64,000 nucleotides of DNA from NCBI GenBank assembly GCA_964270895.1, contig OZ185449.1. One strand, 5' to 3'. Source of the stretch: Podarcis filfolensis (Eukaryota). Every line of letters begins with the position of its first letter. Position 1 is the stretch's first letter. Made by a program: the position numbers and the translations under genes. This document shows positions 35,475 to 47,204 of the stretch, piece by piece. The notes under the pieces are model-generated. The model was not told the DNA's origin. It made no database searches and saw only the letters and a list, made by a program, of their open reading frames with translations.

Positions 35475-36349
35475 TTTCAAAAAAATAATATTTATTAAAA
35501 TTTCAAAGAATTACAAAAATAAAGGAAAATAAAACAAAAATACAAAATACAGAAAAATACAGAAAAATAAAAACAATTAAAAACAAGTCAATTTTTCCAT
35601 ATCTTATCTTTCATTTGCTTGTTTCCTTGACCTCCTCACACCTCCCTTTTTTGTGTTCTAGTTCAATTAGTTAATTAAGCAAATCCTTTCCATCTTTGTT
35701 TTTATCTTAATAATTTATCTTAGTATATTGTAACTTTACATTCTCACCTGTTAACGATCCATTTTTACATACTCCTTTGTAACATTACTGCTAAAACCAC
35801 ATAACTTCATTCCAGCATCCTTCTAACATTCCTTAATTTTACAATATTTCTGTAGATATTCTTTAAATTTCTTCCAACCTTCTTCTACCGGCTCTTCTCC
35901 CTGGTCTCGGATTCTGCCAGTCATTTCCGCTAGTTCCATGTAATCCATCACCTTCATCTGCCATTCTTCCCGGGTGGGTAGATCTTGTGTCTTCCAATAC
36001 TTTGCAATAAGTATTCTTGCTGCCGCTGTAGCATACATAAAAAAAATTCTATCCTTCTTTAACAGCGATTAGCCGACCATGCCCAGGAGAAAAGCCTCTG
36101 GTTTCTTCAAAAATGTATATTTAAATACCTTTTTCATTTCATTATAGATCATCTCCCAGAAAGCCTTAATCCTTGGGCACGTCCACCAAAGGTGAAAGAA
36201 TGTACCTTCAGTCTCTTTATATTTCCAGCATTTATTATCAGGCAAATGATATATTTTTGCAAGCTTGACTGGTGTCATGTACCACCTGTAGATCATTTTC
36301 ATTAGATTCTCTCTTAAGGCATTACATGCCGTAAACTTCATACCTGTGG
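35475..36349 (-). mobile_element. L1 3' fragment
   Basis: ORF2 C-terminus YRWYMTP...CWKYKETEGTFFHLWWTC and AAARILIAKYWK; 15-bp TSD TCCAAGGATATGTTT (35460-35474 and 36350-36364). Confidence 0.9.
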
Positions 36350-36484
36350 TCCAAGGATATGTTTAGGGTACTGTATATAGGAAAGTCCCTAAAACAGTTA
36401 TAATTGTTAGCCTTATCTTCTTTTCCATTAGATGACATAATATTTGAAGATCTGGAGGGAGAGCAAGGCAGGAAAGCTTTTATA

Positions 36485-36714
36485 CAGTGGATGCTCGGGT
36501 TGCGAACGTGATCCGTGTGGGAAGCACATCCACAACCCGCAGCATCCTCAACCTGCAGCGCCACGTCTGCGCACACGTGGGTTGCAATTTGGCGCTTCTG
36601 TGCATGCACAAGTGCCGAAACCCGGAAGTTACCAGTTCTGGTACTTCCGGGTTTGGTGCGGTGCGCAACCCAAAATCGCACAACCCGAAGCGCCTGTAAC
36701 CCGAGGTATGACTA
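36485..36714 (+). mobile_element. MITE family B (CAGTGGATGCTCGGGTTG...CCCGAGGTATGACT)
   Basis: TA TSD; matches the 53293-53519 copy in reverse. Confidence 0.85.
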
Positions 36715-36720
36715 TACTGA

Positions 36721-36894
36721 CACCATGAACCACAGAATCTGAGCACAGAGTTTGCCATCACTCTCTACCAACGCTGGGCAGAGCTCCACCATGGAACGAA
36801 CCTCGCCATTTCCCCAGTGAGCATGTCTCTTTCTTGGGGGTGCAAGAGAGCACATTGGCCCAACTGCAGCATGCTCTGAGATACAGCACTCATG
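36721..36894 (+). pseudogene. SERPINE3-like orphan coding exon, frameshifted
   Basis: The frame from 36721 reads HHEPQNLSTEFAITLYQRWAELHHGTNLAISPVSMSLS. After a frameshift near 36834 it reads GVQESTLAQLQHALRYSTH, then a phase-1 donor G|gtaagg. Recalled human SERPINE3: [57 protein letters not shown]. In-frame TGA at 36718; no signal peptide seen. Confidence 0.72.
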
Positions 36895-37664
36895 GTAAGG
36901 CAACCTTCTGAGAAACAGCTTTTCAGTGTGCAGTGCATGCTGTCGTGAACTTCACCTTACAGTTTGGACTGTCCTGGTAGGGAAAGCATATAAAAACAAA
37001 AGCAAGTCATACAAGGGGCCTTACTTCTGAGTTAACCCCCCTTTCGTGCCATGCTCTTCACTTCAGTGGGCTTTGCATGTGCATGCTACACCTTTAAAGT
37101 ACATTCTTTCCCCCAAAGAATTCTGGGCACTGTAGTTTACTCCTCAGTCCCAGCAACACTTAACGAACTGCAGTGCCCAAAATTCTTTAAGGAAAGAATG
37201 TGCCTTAGGGGTTGAACTAGATGACCCTTAGGTCCTTTCTAACTCTACAATTCTATGATTCTGTGAATGCACATGGAACCGTGTATTGGTATATGCTAAA
37301 AGCCACACTTTGGTTCTGTTGAAATCAGTCACAGCTAGCTAAGTCCCATTGATTTATGAAAGTGTGGCTAATTTACAGCACAATCCTATGCATGTCTACT
37401 CAGAAGTAAGCCCTGTTGACTTTAGTGGGGGTTACTCCCAAATAAGTGGGTATAGAATTGTGGATTCATATCAACAGAGGATGGGCTTTTGATTTAACTG
37501 TCTCACCTGCTATAAATTATTTAATGCAAAAAAGTGACTAACAGTATAAACTTAATGATGTCTACTCAGAACTAAGTCCTTGTGAATTCCATGGGGCTTA
37601 CTCCCAAGTAAATGGACAGAGAAGTACTTTGAATGAAACAGTGGATGTATGATTTTTGTGGTTC

Positions 37665-38529
37665 ATGCTGTGGCCACAGTCATGTGATTTGATGGTGAGT
37701 TTGGGGTTGCCCAATGCAAAAATCCTGAGCATCCATGTGGATCTGTGCTTTGTAACCATGTTTTTGCGCCATTGTGGCCCCATGAAACAGTGGGTGCATT
37801 TTTAAAAAAAAAAATTGGTGCAGGCTGTAGCCATGGACATGCTATGTGCTCTGATGGTGAATCTGGGGTGACCCAGTGCAAAAATCCTGAGGATCCATGT
37901 GGATCTGTTCTTTGTAACCACGTTTTTGCGCCATTGTGGCCCCACGCAACAGTGGGTGCATTTTTTTGGTGCAGGCTGTAGCCATAGATATGCTATGTGA
38001 TCTGATGGTGAATTTGGGGTGACCCAATGTAAAAATCCTGAGGATCCATGGGCTTTTACCTCCCCCCTCCCAGGCAGCCTCCTTTATCACTAGTGTCCCT
38101 TATCTCCCTCCTGATCCCTTACCGATCAGCTGCTTTCTTTCAACACTCCTTTCCCTCTTGTTTGCCTTAGTGTCTTTTCCTTAGATGGAGCAGTTTTTTT
38201 CTCCTCCTTTTCTTCTAATTTCTCTCCTCATTGCTTTAGTCTTCCTGTCTCCTCTCCTTGCAAGTTCACTGTCTTTACCTCCCCACTCCCAGACAGCCTC
38301 CTTTATTGCTAGCCTCCCTTATCTCCCTACGGATCGCTTGCCGATCAGCGGCTTTGTTTCAACACACACTTCACTCTTTCAAAAAAAAGGGGGGGGGAAG
38401 CATGATCTGCTTTTTGCCCCTGGGCAATTCGGCTCCAGGGACCACACATGCACTCCATAAGACACACAGACATTTCCCCTTACTTTTTAGGAAGAAAAAA
38501 GTGTGTCTTATGGAGCGAAAATTACGGTA
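37665..38529. mobile_element. Mariner-type non-autonomous element fragment with internal tandem repeats
   Basis: ~150-160-bp unit x2.4 (37665-38052); ~95-bp duplication (38053-38150 and 38272-38372); terminal GTGTCTTATGGAGCGAAAATTACGG followed by TA, with an internal inverted copy CTCCATAAGACAC. Confidence 0.6.
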
Positions 38530-39059
38530 ATTACATATTAAGAATGCCAGGTAAAACAAAGAGAATAATCTCAGAATATTGCTACCACTAATATATTCAA
38601 ACCACTGTAGAATGCAGCAATAAACAGCAAACAAAACAGGAACAGAACAGTGTTTCCGGGATAAGTCAACTGTTTCAAGGATGATTCTTCATCAGCTGAT
38701 AATAAAATTGGATACATTACATTCAGTTATGAAAACAGAAATAGCAGTGGTTTGAATATATTCTCCCTACGTTGGAGCACCTACCACTACAATATTGCTG
38801 GACGTTGACTATTGAAAGGCATCCTGCCTTCGCCGCGGTGTTCCCTGACAGCAATTTATTATGCTTACTATTTCTTGTTTATGAACTTTTGCATAACCAT
38901 GCATATATTATATGTGGATGCTGCAAGGAGGAAAAGGAGGTGAAGAAAGTTGAAGAAAGACAGTGAACGAACAAGAAGGGGAGCAGAAGGCACAGTGGAG
39001 TGTAGGCTAAGCAGGAAAATGGTAGCATTGAAAGACTGAGTCAGCGTCTTTGTCTTCAC

Positions 39060-40079
39060 CAAAGAAACAGAAATAGGTCACCGGATTTGCAATCAAAGAA
39101 CTGTCTGAGAAGGTCATTAAGATAAAACACCAAGTGCGAGACTAGGGCAAAAAAAGAGAGAACACAGTGCCACCTACTGGTGGGAAAGAAAAATATAATA
39201 ATAATTTTGAATTAGTTTTGAATTAACACTTAAAGTACACCAAGGCTCCAAAACAGTCAGAAATTGTATAGAACAGTGGAGACTGCGGAGATCATATTTT
39301 GGCTTTTGTGACTGTGGCTTGTGACTTCATTTTTGTGACTTGTTTTTGTGACTGTGTGGAACCCAGTTCAGCTACTGGTTGATTGTGTGACTTCAGAAAT
39401 GGATAAAAGCCCCCCATCCAAATTGACTATCATCAGTGCACGTAAGAAAAGAAAATGTTAATTTTTTTCATCTAAAATACTGTCTTATTTATTTTATAGT
39501 ACAGTACATTGATTAAGGGACGCGGGTGGTGCTGTGGGTTAAACCACAGAGCCTAGGACTTGCCGATCAGAAGATCGGCAGTTCAAATCCCTGCAATGAC
39601 GGGGTGAGCTCCCGTTGCTCGGCCCCTGCTCCTGCCAACCTAGCAGTTCGAAAGCATGTCAAAGTGCAAGTAGATAAATAGGTACCACTTCGACGGGAAG
39701 GTAAACGGCATTTCCGTGTGCTGCTCTGGTTCGCCAGAAGCGGCTTAGTCATGCTGGCCACATGACCCGGAAGCTGTACGCCGGCTCCCTCGGCCAACAA
39801 AGCGAGATGAGCGCCGCAACCCCAGAGTCGGCCACGACTGGATCTAATGGTCAGGGGTCCCTTTACAGTACATTGATTATTGCCTTAATTTTATGGATCA
39901 ATGGTCTCGTTAGACAGTGAAATTCATGTTAAATTGTTGTTTTAGGGGGTGTTTTTCATCGTCTGGAATGGATCAATCCACTTTCCATTACTTTCAATGG
40001 GAAAGTCCGCTTCAGGTTACGAACGCTTCAGGTTAAGAACGGACTTCCAGAACCAATTAAGTACTTAACCTGAGGCACC
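39060..40079 (+). mobile_element. Tigger-like DNA transposon, 3' portion (contains a SINE)
   Basis: Ends in the family A-type terminus cttcaggttaagaacggacttcc...aacctgaggcacca. The left boundary is approximate. Confidence 0.55.
39516..39864 (+). mobile_element. Sauria SINE, full length
   Basis: Head gggacgcgggtggtgctgtggg; 15-bp TSD ACAGTACATTGATTA (39501-39515 and 39865-39879). Confidence 0.9.
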
Positions 40080-41298
40080 AGGTAAAGCTCCATTAGTAGA
40101 TATATATTGGTCACAAAACCCAACTGTTCCCCCCCCCCAATTTTTCAAAGAACATTAACTGAATTACAGCAGAATCCATTTTTTCCTCCTGCCGCGACCC
40201 GGCTCTTGCAACTGCTTCAGCAGTAAGCGAGGGGGGGGCAGTTGAGGGGGATTCAAGGCTCCAACGCATGCTCACCGACCAAAGTCACTGGTCGCCTCCA
40301 GAAGCAACAGATATACCAAAATAAGGTAATTAAAAATAAACTTTCTCTGAAGAATTGAAATCAGAACTTAATTGGGCTAAAATTAGAGGAGAAAGAGTGG
40401 AGTATTAAACAGGAAGTCATACTTCCTCTTTTGTGGCCTGGAGCTGCGAGGATCTCTTTGTGAATGAGAGAGGTTTTCTTTATTTTTTTGTAGCCTTTGA
40501 TGAATAATAACAGCTTTAGAGACTGGAGAGCCTTCCCTTCTCAATGGACAGAAATTAACTTATTGGATTGTTAGAACCTTTATTGGATTGAGAGGTGTTG
40601 ATTGGATCTTATTTAGAGCTGCATATTGTAACTTATTTTGAAGAAATTCAACCTGATAAAATTTTGATGAAATGCTGGATCTTTCCGAACAACTACCAAA
40701 GCCTGGCAGGGGTTCTGCTCAGCCGACTGAGGTGGGGAGACCCCTAAGAAGGTGGAGCACCTTGACTGCTGGAGTGGAATAAATTACATCCATTGTGTTT
40801 TTGAAAGACCAGAACAAGTACTTCAAAGTTTAAATCTTTAGAAAGTTGACCTACTGCCTGGAAATATATTACAGCTACATGGACACTGGTGGACTAACTG
40901 GACTTTTTTGGAGTTACAGATTGTTTCAAGCTTGGATATTTGGAAGTCAATCAAAACCTTAAAAGGATTACAACTGGGAATTATTGGATACTTGGACATT
41001 CAGAGTATTGCAAAATTGATTATTAATAAGGTGATAATGACCCCATTCAAAATAGAAAAAGGAACGAGGCAAGGATGTCCGCTATCACCTTTATTATTCA
41101 TTTTGGTCCTGGAAGTTCTGAATAGAAATATAAGAAAAGATAAACAGATTATGGGAATAAGAGCAGGGAAAAATGAATTTAAGTTGAAAGCATTCGCAGA
41201 TGACTTGGTAATTACAGTAGAAGAGCCAAAAAATTGTCTCCCTAAAATCTTAGGAAAAATACAAGAGTTTGGGCAAGTGGCAGGGTTTAAATTAAACA

Positions 41299-41300
<2 letters not shown>

Positions 41301-41344
<44 letters not shown>

Positions 41345-42509
41345 TATTATTTATACCCCGCCCATCTGTGTTTCCCCAGCCACTCTGGGCGGCTTCCAAT
41401 TGAGTATTAAAAACAATACAGCATTAAATATTAAAAACTTCCCTAAACAGGGCTGCCTTCAGATGTCTTTTAAAGAGAAGATAGTTGCTTATTTCCTTCA
41501 TATCTGAAGGGAGGGCGTTCCACAGGGCAGGCGCAACTACTGAGAAGGCCCTCTGTCTGGTTCTCTGTAACCTCACTTCTCACAATGAGGGAACTGCCAG
41601 AAGGCCCTTGGCGCTGGATCTCAGTGTCTGGGCTGAATGATGGGGATGGAGACGCTCCTTCAGGTATACAGGACCGAGGCTGTTTAGGGCTTTAAAGGTC
41701 AGCACCAACACTTTAAATTGTGCTTGGAAACGTACTGGGAGCCAATGCAGATCTCTCAGGACCAGTGTTATGTGGTCCCGGCAGCCACTCCCAGTCACCA
41801 GTCTAGCTGCCGCATTGTGGATTAATTGCAGTTTCCGGGTCACCTTCAAAGGTAGCCCCACGTAGAGCGCATTGCAGTAGTCCAAGTGGGAGATGACTAG
41901 AGCATGCACCACTCTGGCAAGACAGTCTGCAGGCAGGTAGGGTCTCAGCCTGTGTACCAGATGGAGCTGGTAAACAGCTGCCCTGGACACAGATTTGACC
42001 TGTGCCTCCATGGACAGCTGTGAGTCCAAAATGACTCCCAGGCTGCGCACCTGGTCCTTAAGGGCAAAGTTACCCCATTCAGGACCAGGGAGTCCCCCAT
42101 ACCCGCCTGCCCCCTGTCCCCCAAAAACAGTATTTCTGTCTTGTCAGGGTTCAACCTCAATCTATTAGCCATCATCTATCCTTCAACCACCTCCAGGCAC
42201 TCACACAGGACCTTCACCGCCTTCATTGGTTCTGATTTAAAGGAGAGGTAGATCTGGGTGTCATCTGCATACTGATGAACACCCAGCCCAAACCCTCTGA
42301 TGAGCTCTCCCCACAGCTTCATATAGATATTAAAAAGCATGGGGGAGAGGACGGAACCCTGAGGCACCCCACAAGTGAGAGCCCAGGGGTCTGAACACTC
42401 ATCCCCCACCACCACTTTCTGGACACGGCCCAGGAGGAAGGAGCGGAACCACTGTATAACAGTGCCCCCAGCTCCCAGCCCCTCAAGACGGTCAAGAAGG
42501 ATGTTATGG
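41301..42509 (-). mobile_element. L2 3' fragment inserted in L1
   Basis: VPQGSVLSPMLFNIY, YADDTQ and LDYCNALYVGLP; (TTA)n tail at 41301-41345; TSD AAACAAA (41294-41300 and 42510-42516). Confidence 0.9.
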
Positions 42510-43588
42510 AAACAAAGGAAAGACAAAAGCATTAACAAAAAATGTGACCAAAATGGAGAAAAAGGAGTTGCAGAAGATCACAAAGATAGAAATCCATAAA
42601 AAGTTAAATACCTAGGAATCTGGCTTATCAATAAAAACTTGAATTTGTATAAAGACAACTGTGAGAAAGCTTGGAATGAGATCAAGAAAGATTTGGACAC
42701 TTGGAACAGAATGAACCTTCCCTGATGGGAAGGATAGCAGCAATAAAGATGAATGCACTACCAAAGATTTTTTTTTATATTTCAGTCAATACCAATAATA
42801 AGTAATCTTGTCTGCTTCAGAAACTGGCAAAAAGATATTTCTAAGTTTGTCTGGAACGGGGAAAAGCCTAGAATAAAATATAAAATACTTATAGATATAA
42901 AAGACAGAGGAGGCTTTTCCCTCCCAGACTTTAAACTCTACTATGAAGCAGCATGCATTATGTGGATTCGGGACTGTATTAAATTAAAGAAAGATGAAAT
43001 ACTGGACTTGGAAGGACACGATAATAGATTTGGTTGGCATTCATATTTATGGTATGGGAAGGATAAAAAAACGCAAAGACTTTCATAACCATATAATAAG
43101 AAAAATGCTTATAAGAGTCTGGAACAGATATAAATATTTTTTAGAACCCAAAACCCCATGGTGGCTTTCACCAGTGGAGGCATTGCATTAAAACCACTCA
43201 ACAGGAGAGGCAGCTGGCCGACATGTAGAAAATTATTGAATGGGGGGGGGGAGGGTTGAAACTAAAAGAGTGTGAAGAATTGAAAGTCTTTTTGCAAAGT
43301 TGGCTACATCACAGACAGTTGAATGAACAGTTCAAAGAGGATAATAAGAAAGGTTTTGGTTACATATTTTCAAATTTTCAAAAAGAAATTATCGAGAGTG
43401 ATACAAAATTACTTTAAAAGATGTATAATCTCCAGCTATATGGGGAAATGTTGGATGAGATGGTAAAGTCAGCACAAATAAAGTGGGCTCAAGATTTAGG
43501 TCATTACAGTATATACAATTTGAGGATTGGAAAAGGATGTGAAGGGCGAATTTAAAATTACAGACTATATTTTATTGAAAGAGAATTA

Positions 43589-44224
43589 CAGTGGTACCCC
43601 AGATTACATACGCTTCAGGTTACATACGCTAACCCAGAAATAGTGCTTCAGGTTAAGAACTTTGCTTCAGGATGAGAACAGAAATCACACAGCAGTGGCG
43701 CAGCAGCAGCAGGAGGCCCCATTAGCTAAAGTGTAAATTTACGGTCTGCAAATAAAAACATCCTGAAGGTCCCAGGCCACAGAGAGGTTAGGCTGGCCTC
43801 AACTAGAGCCAGGGCTTTCTCGGCCGTGGCTCCAATCTGGTGGAACGCTCTGTCACAAGAGACTAGGGCCCTGCGGGACCTGACATCTTTCCGCAGGGCC
43901 TGCAAGACAGAGCTGTTCCACCAGGCCTTTGGTCAGGGTGCAGCCTGACCCCCTCCTCTGGCAATCTGCACAGAATTTTGCTTAATGGTTGCCATCAATT
44001 TGATTTTAATTTGATTTTAATTAATTTTATAATGAATGTTTTTAGAATGTTGGATTATTTTGATTGTTGTTAGCCGCCCTGAGCCCAGCTTCGGCTGGGG
44101 AGGGCGGGATATAAATAAAATTTATTATTATTTTTATTATTAAGTGGTGCTTCAGGTTAAGAACAGTTTCAGGTTAAGAACGGACCTCCAGAACGAATTA
44201 AGTACTTAACCTGAGGTACCACTG
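43589..44224 (+). mobile_element. MITE family A, split by an L2 insertion and itself inserted in L1
   Basis: Left part 43589-43733, right part 44142-44224; TA TSD. Removing it restores the L1 frame GAG AAT TAT ATG AAA ATG. Confidence 0.88.
43734..44141 (+). mobile_element. L2 3' end inserted in a MITE
   Basis: L2-type 3' end with a (TTA)-rich tail; TSD AAGTG (43729-43733 and 44142-44146). Confidence 0.8.
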
Positions 44225-44343
44225 TATATGAAAATGATGTATAGATGGTACATTACACCAGAGAAAGTTGCTAAAATGTATAAGACGGGATCAAAAACTT
44301 GTTGGAGATGTAAAGAGAAAGATGGTACATTTTATCATATGTA

Positions 44344-46130
44344 GCAAGAAGACAGAGAATAGTGTTAAAAAATAAGAGACTAGGCCAAGAATTTATTTCT
44401 TCTGTTAGGAAGAAAAAAAGAGGGATTGTTATATATGTAAACCATAAATTAGAGGCAGAACAAATTTTTAAAGACGAGGAAGGAAGAATACTGGGGATAC
44501 AGATCTTAAGAGGAGGGGAACAAATAGTAGCCGGAGGGATCTATGCACCGAACGGTGATAAATCAAAATATTTTAAAGAAGTAGAAGAAAAGCTACTAGA
44601 ACATATAAACAAGGAGATTATTCTAATGAGTCACCTCAATGGGGTCACTTCTTTAGAATTAGATAGAACAGAAAGAGTTAAGAAATCTAGGAAAGGGAGA
44701 TTGCTGCAATCATTTTTCCAAATGGTGGAAAATTTAAATCTGAGGGACACATGTAGATACAAAAATCCGAATGTCAAATAGTACACACATTACTCAGAAG
44801 CTAAATAATTAGCTGGCATGATAGACGGAATTTGGACAACAAATAACTTAATAATAAAAGTACATAAAGTTGAGATTCAACCAAAAACACTAACAGAGCA
44901 CAATGCAATAGTGTTAGAACTAAGGGATAAAGGGAGAGAGCATAGAAGATGCAAATTGAACGATAGGTTATTAAATGATGAAGACATAGTAAATAGAGCA
45001 CAAAAGGCACTGAAGGAATTCTTTGAAATAAATAAAACACAAGATACTGATATTAGGACAATATGGGACGCAAATAAAGCTTTTATGAGGGGATTTTACA
45101 AACAGCAGAATGCAAGACAGAAAAGATTATGAGAAGGTAAATCAGAGCAAATAAGAAAATAAATTTCATTAAATGAAAAATTATTACAGTGGTACCTCTG
45201 GTTGCGAACGGGATCCATTCCGGAGGCCCGTTCGCAACCTGAAAAGCCTGCAACCTGAAGTGCCGTATCTGCGCAGGTGCGCAGGTCGCGATTTGGAGCT
45301 TGTGTGCATATGTGAAGCGTGATTTAGCTCTTCTGCGCATGCATGAGTGGCAAAACCTGAAAGTAACTATTTCCGGTACTTCCGGGTTGCCGCGGGACGC
45401 AACCTGAAAGAACGTAACATGAAGCAAACGTAACATGAGGTATGACTATCTAAAAAACCAAAAAATGAGGAAGCTATACAAAAAATAAAGGTATTACAAA
45501 TCCAAATTTCATCAATGCTGAGTCATGAAATAGAAAGCAATATAAAATGGATGAAGCAAATAACATTTTAATTTGCAAATAAGCCAGGGAAAATGTTAGC
45601 ATGGCAACTAAAAAATAAGCAAAAAGACAGAATGATTGACAAAATAAATGTAAAAGGGAAGGTGTTAGATAAACCAGAAGAAATGAAGGAAAGCTTTATT
45701 AGACACTTTAAAAGTGTCTACAAGGCTGGTAGTGAAACAGAAGAAGAAATAACAAAATATTTACAATGGAAAGACATACATAAGGTATTAACTGACAAGA
45801 CTGAATATCGAAACTCTCCGGTATCTATAATGGAAATACAACAAGAGATAGCAAAATCTAAAATAGGAAAGTCCCCAGGACCAGACAGTCTCACTACAGT
45901 GCATTATAAAAAAATAGAGGACTCCCTAGTGCTACCCATGAAACTATTGATAAACAAAATTTTGGAGGAAGAGAAAATACCAAAAACATGGCAGCAAGCA
46001 CATATAGCATTGATACTAAAACAGGGTAGAAATAGAGAACTTATAAACAATTACAGACCGATCTCCCTACTTAATAATGATTATAAAATATATGCAGATA
46101 TTTTAGCCACTAGATTAAAAAAAGTATTGG
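44344..46130 (+). mobile_element. L1 ORF2 segment: APE endonuclease to start of RT, interrupted by a MITE
   Basis: GIYAPN, IDGIW and TEHNA endonuclease motifs; then KSPGPD and NYRPISLLNNDYKIYADILATRLKKVL. Confidence 0.88.
45187..45448 (+). mobile_element. MITE related to family B, inserted in L1 ORF2
   Basis: CAGTGGTACCTCTGGTTGCGAACG...GAGGTATGACT termini; left TA present, right TA degenerate. Confidence 0.8.
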
Positions 46131-46750
46131 TCATAACTTGTTTTTGAGAAACCCACACTGCCTCTTAGTAATCACTGAATCTACGCACACAGCCCAATTG
46201 TTTAATAATCTGTTTAGGACCTTTTCTGGTATCAATGTCAAGCTCACTAGTCAGCAATTACCTGGGTCTTCTTATTTCCTTTTGAAGATGGGGACAACAT
46301 TTGCCTGCTTTCAGTCTGAAGGGACCTCCCCTGTTCTCCAATAATTCTCAAGATTATTGGCAGAGGCTCTGAGATTACACCCACAAGCTCCTTTAGTACC
46401 CTTGGGTGCAGCTTATTAGACTCTGGAGTTTTGAATTCATTTAAAGTAGCTAGGTGTTCCCTTACCACCTCTTTTCCTATCTTGGGCTGCAGCTCCCTCC
46501 TTGCATCATTTATTTTGGTAACCACCAGGTTGGGCACTGCTTTTCTTTAGGGTGAAGATAGTGGCAAAGTAGGTGTTGAGCAGTTCTGCCTTCTTTCTGT
46601 CACCCAACAGCATTTCTCCCATCTTCTCCATGCAGAGGACCTACTAGCTTGTTCTTCCTCCTGCTTTGAACATAGCCAAACAACCCTTTGTCTTATTTTT
46701 AACTTTGCATGCAAGCCTGAGTTCATTCTGAGCTGCGGCCCGCCTGAATC
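46131..46750 (-). mobile_element. CR1 ORF2 fragment
   Basis: LNEFKTPESNKLHPRVLKELVGVISEPL resembles the CR1 motif KSPGPDxLHPRVLKEL. Confidence 0.8.
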
Positions 46751-47204
46751 TTTGTGCTCATGTTGGTGAGCTGGATGGGAGTTGGACCTTCACAACAACT
46801 GGAAGGCATCATGCTGTCCACATACTAGCTAGGAAGGCAGTGGCCGGGTGGTCTGTGTGCCTGCTCAGTCTGCAGTCCAAGTGTCTATTGTGAACAAGCG
46901 ACATAAAAACCCATCCCCCATTCTTAGGGTTATGTTTCAACTGCACTTGGAGCAGACAGCCCTTCAAACACAGCAATCCTTCAAAGAAAGTATTGTCTTC
47001 CAGCTGTCATTTACATGGAGGACTGTCCTCCTAGCACTGCAGTAAGACACATGGCCACTTATTTCCCTTATTTCCAGTTATGGAAAATAGAATGCATCCA
47101 TCCAAGTGGCAACCCTGGCTTAGCCTATTCCTGCCCACTAGAGGTCCTCCTAAGTCAAAGAATGAGAACAGTTCCAATATTTCCTCCTATTTGCATGGAA
47201 CTAC

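Larger units (their letters stand above)
40960..44343 (+). mobile_element. L1 ORF2 segment: RT core to C-terminal zinc finger, interrupted by L2 and a MITE
   Basis: KGTRQGCPLSPLLF and FADD; after the L2 gap, KVKYLGIWL; at the end YRWYITPEK...[14 protein letters not shown]. Confidence 0.88.
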
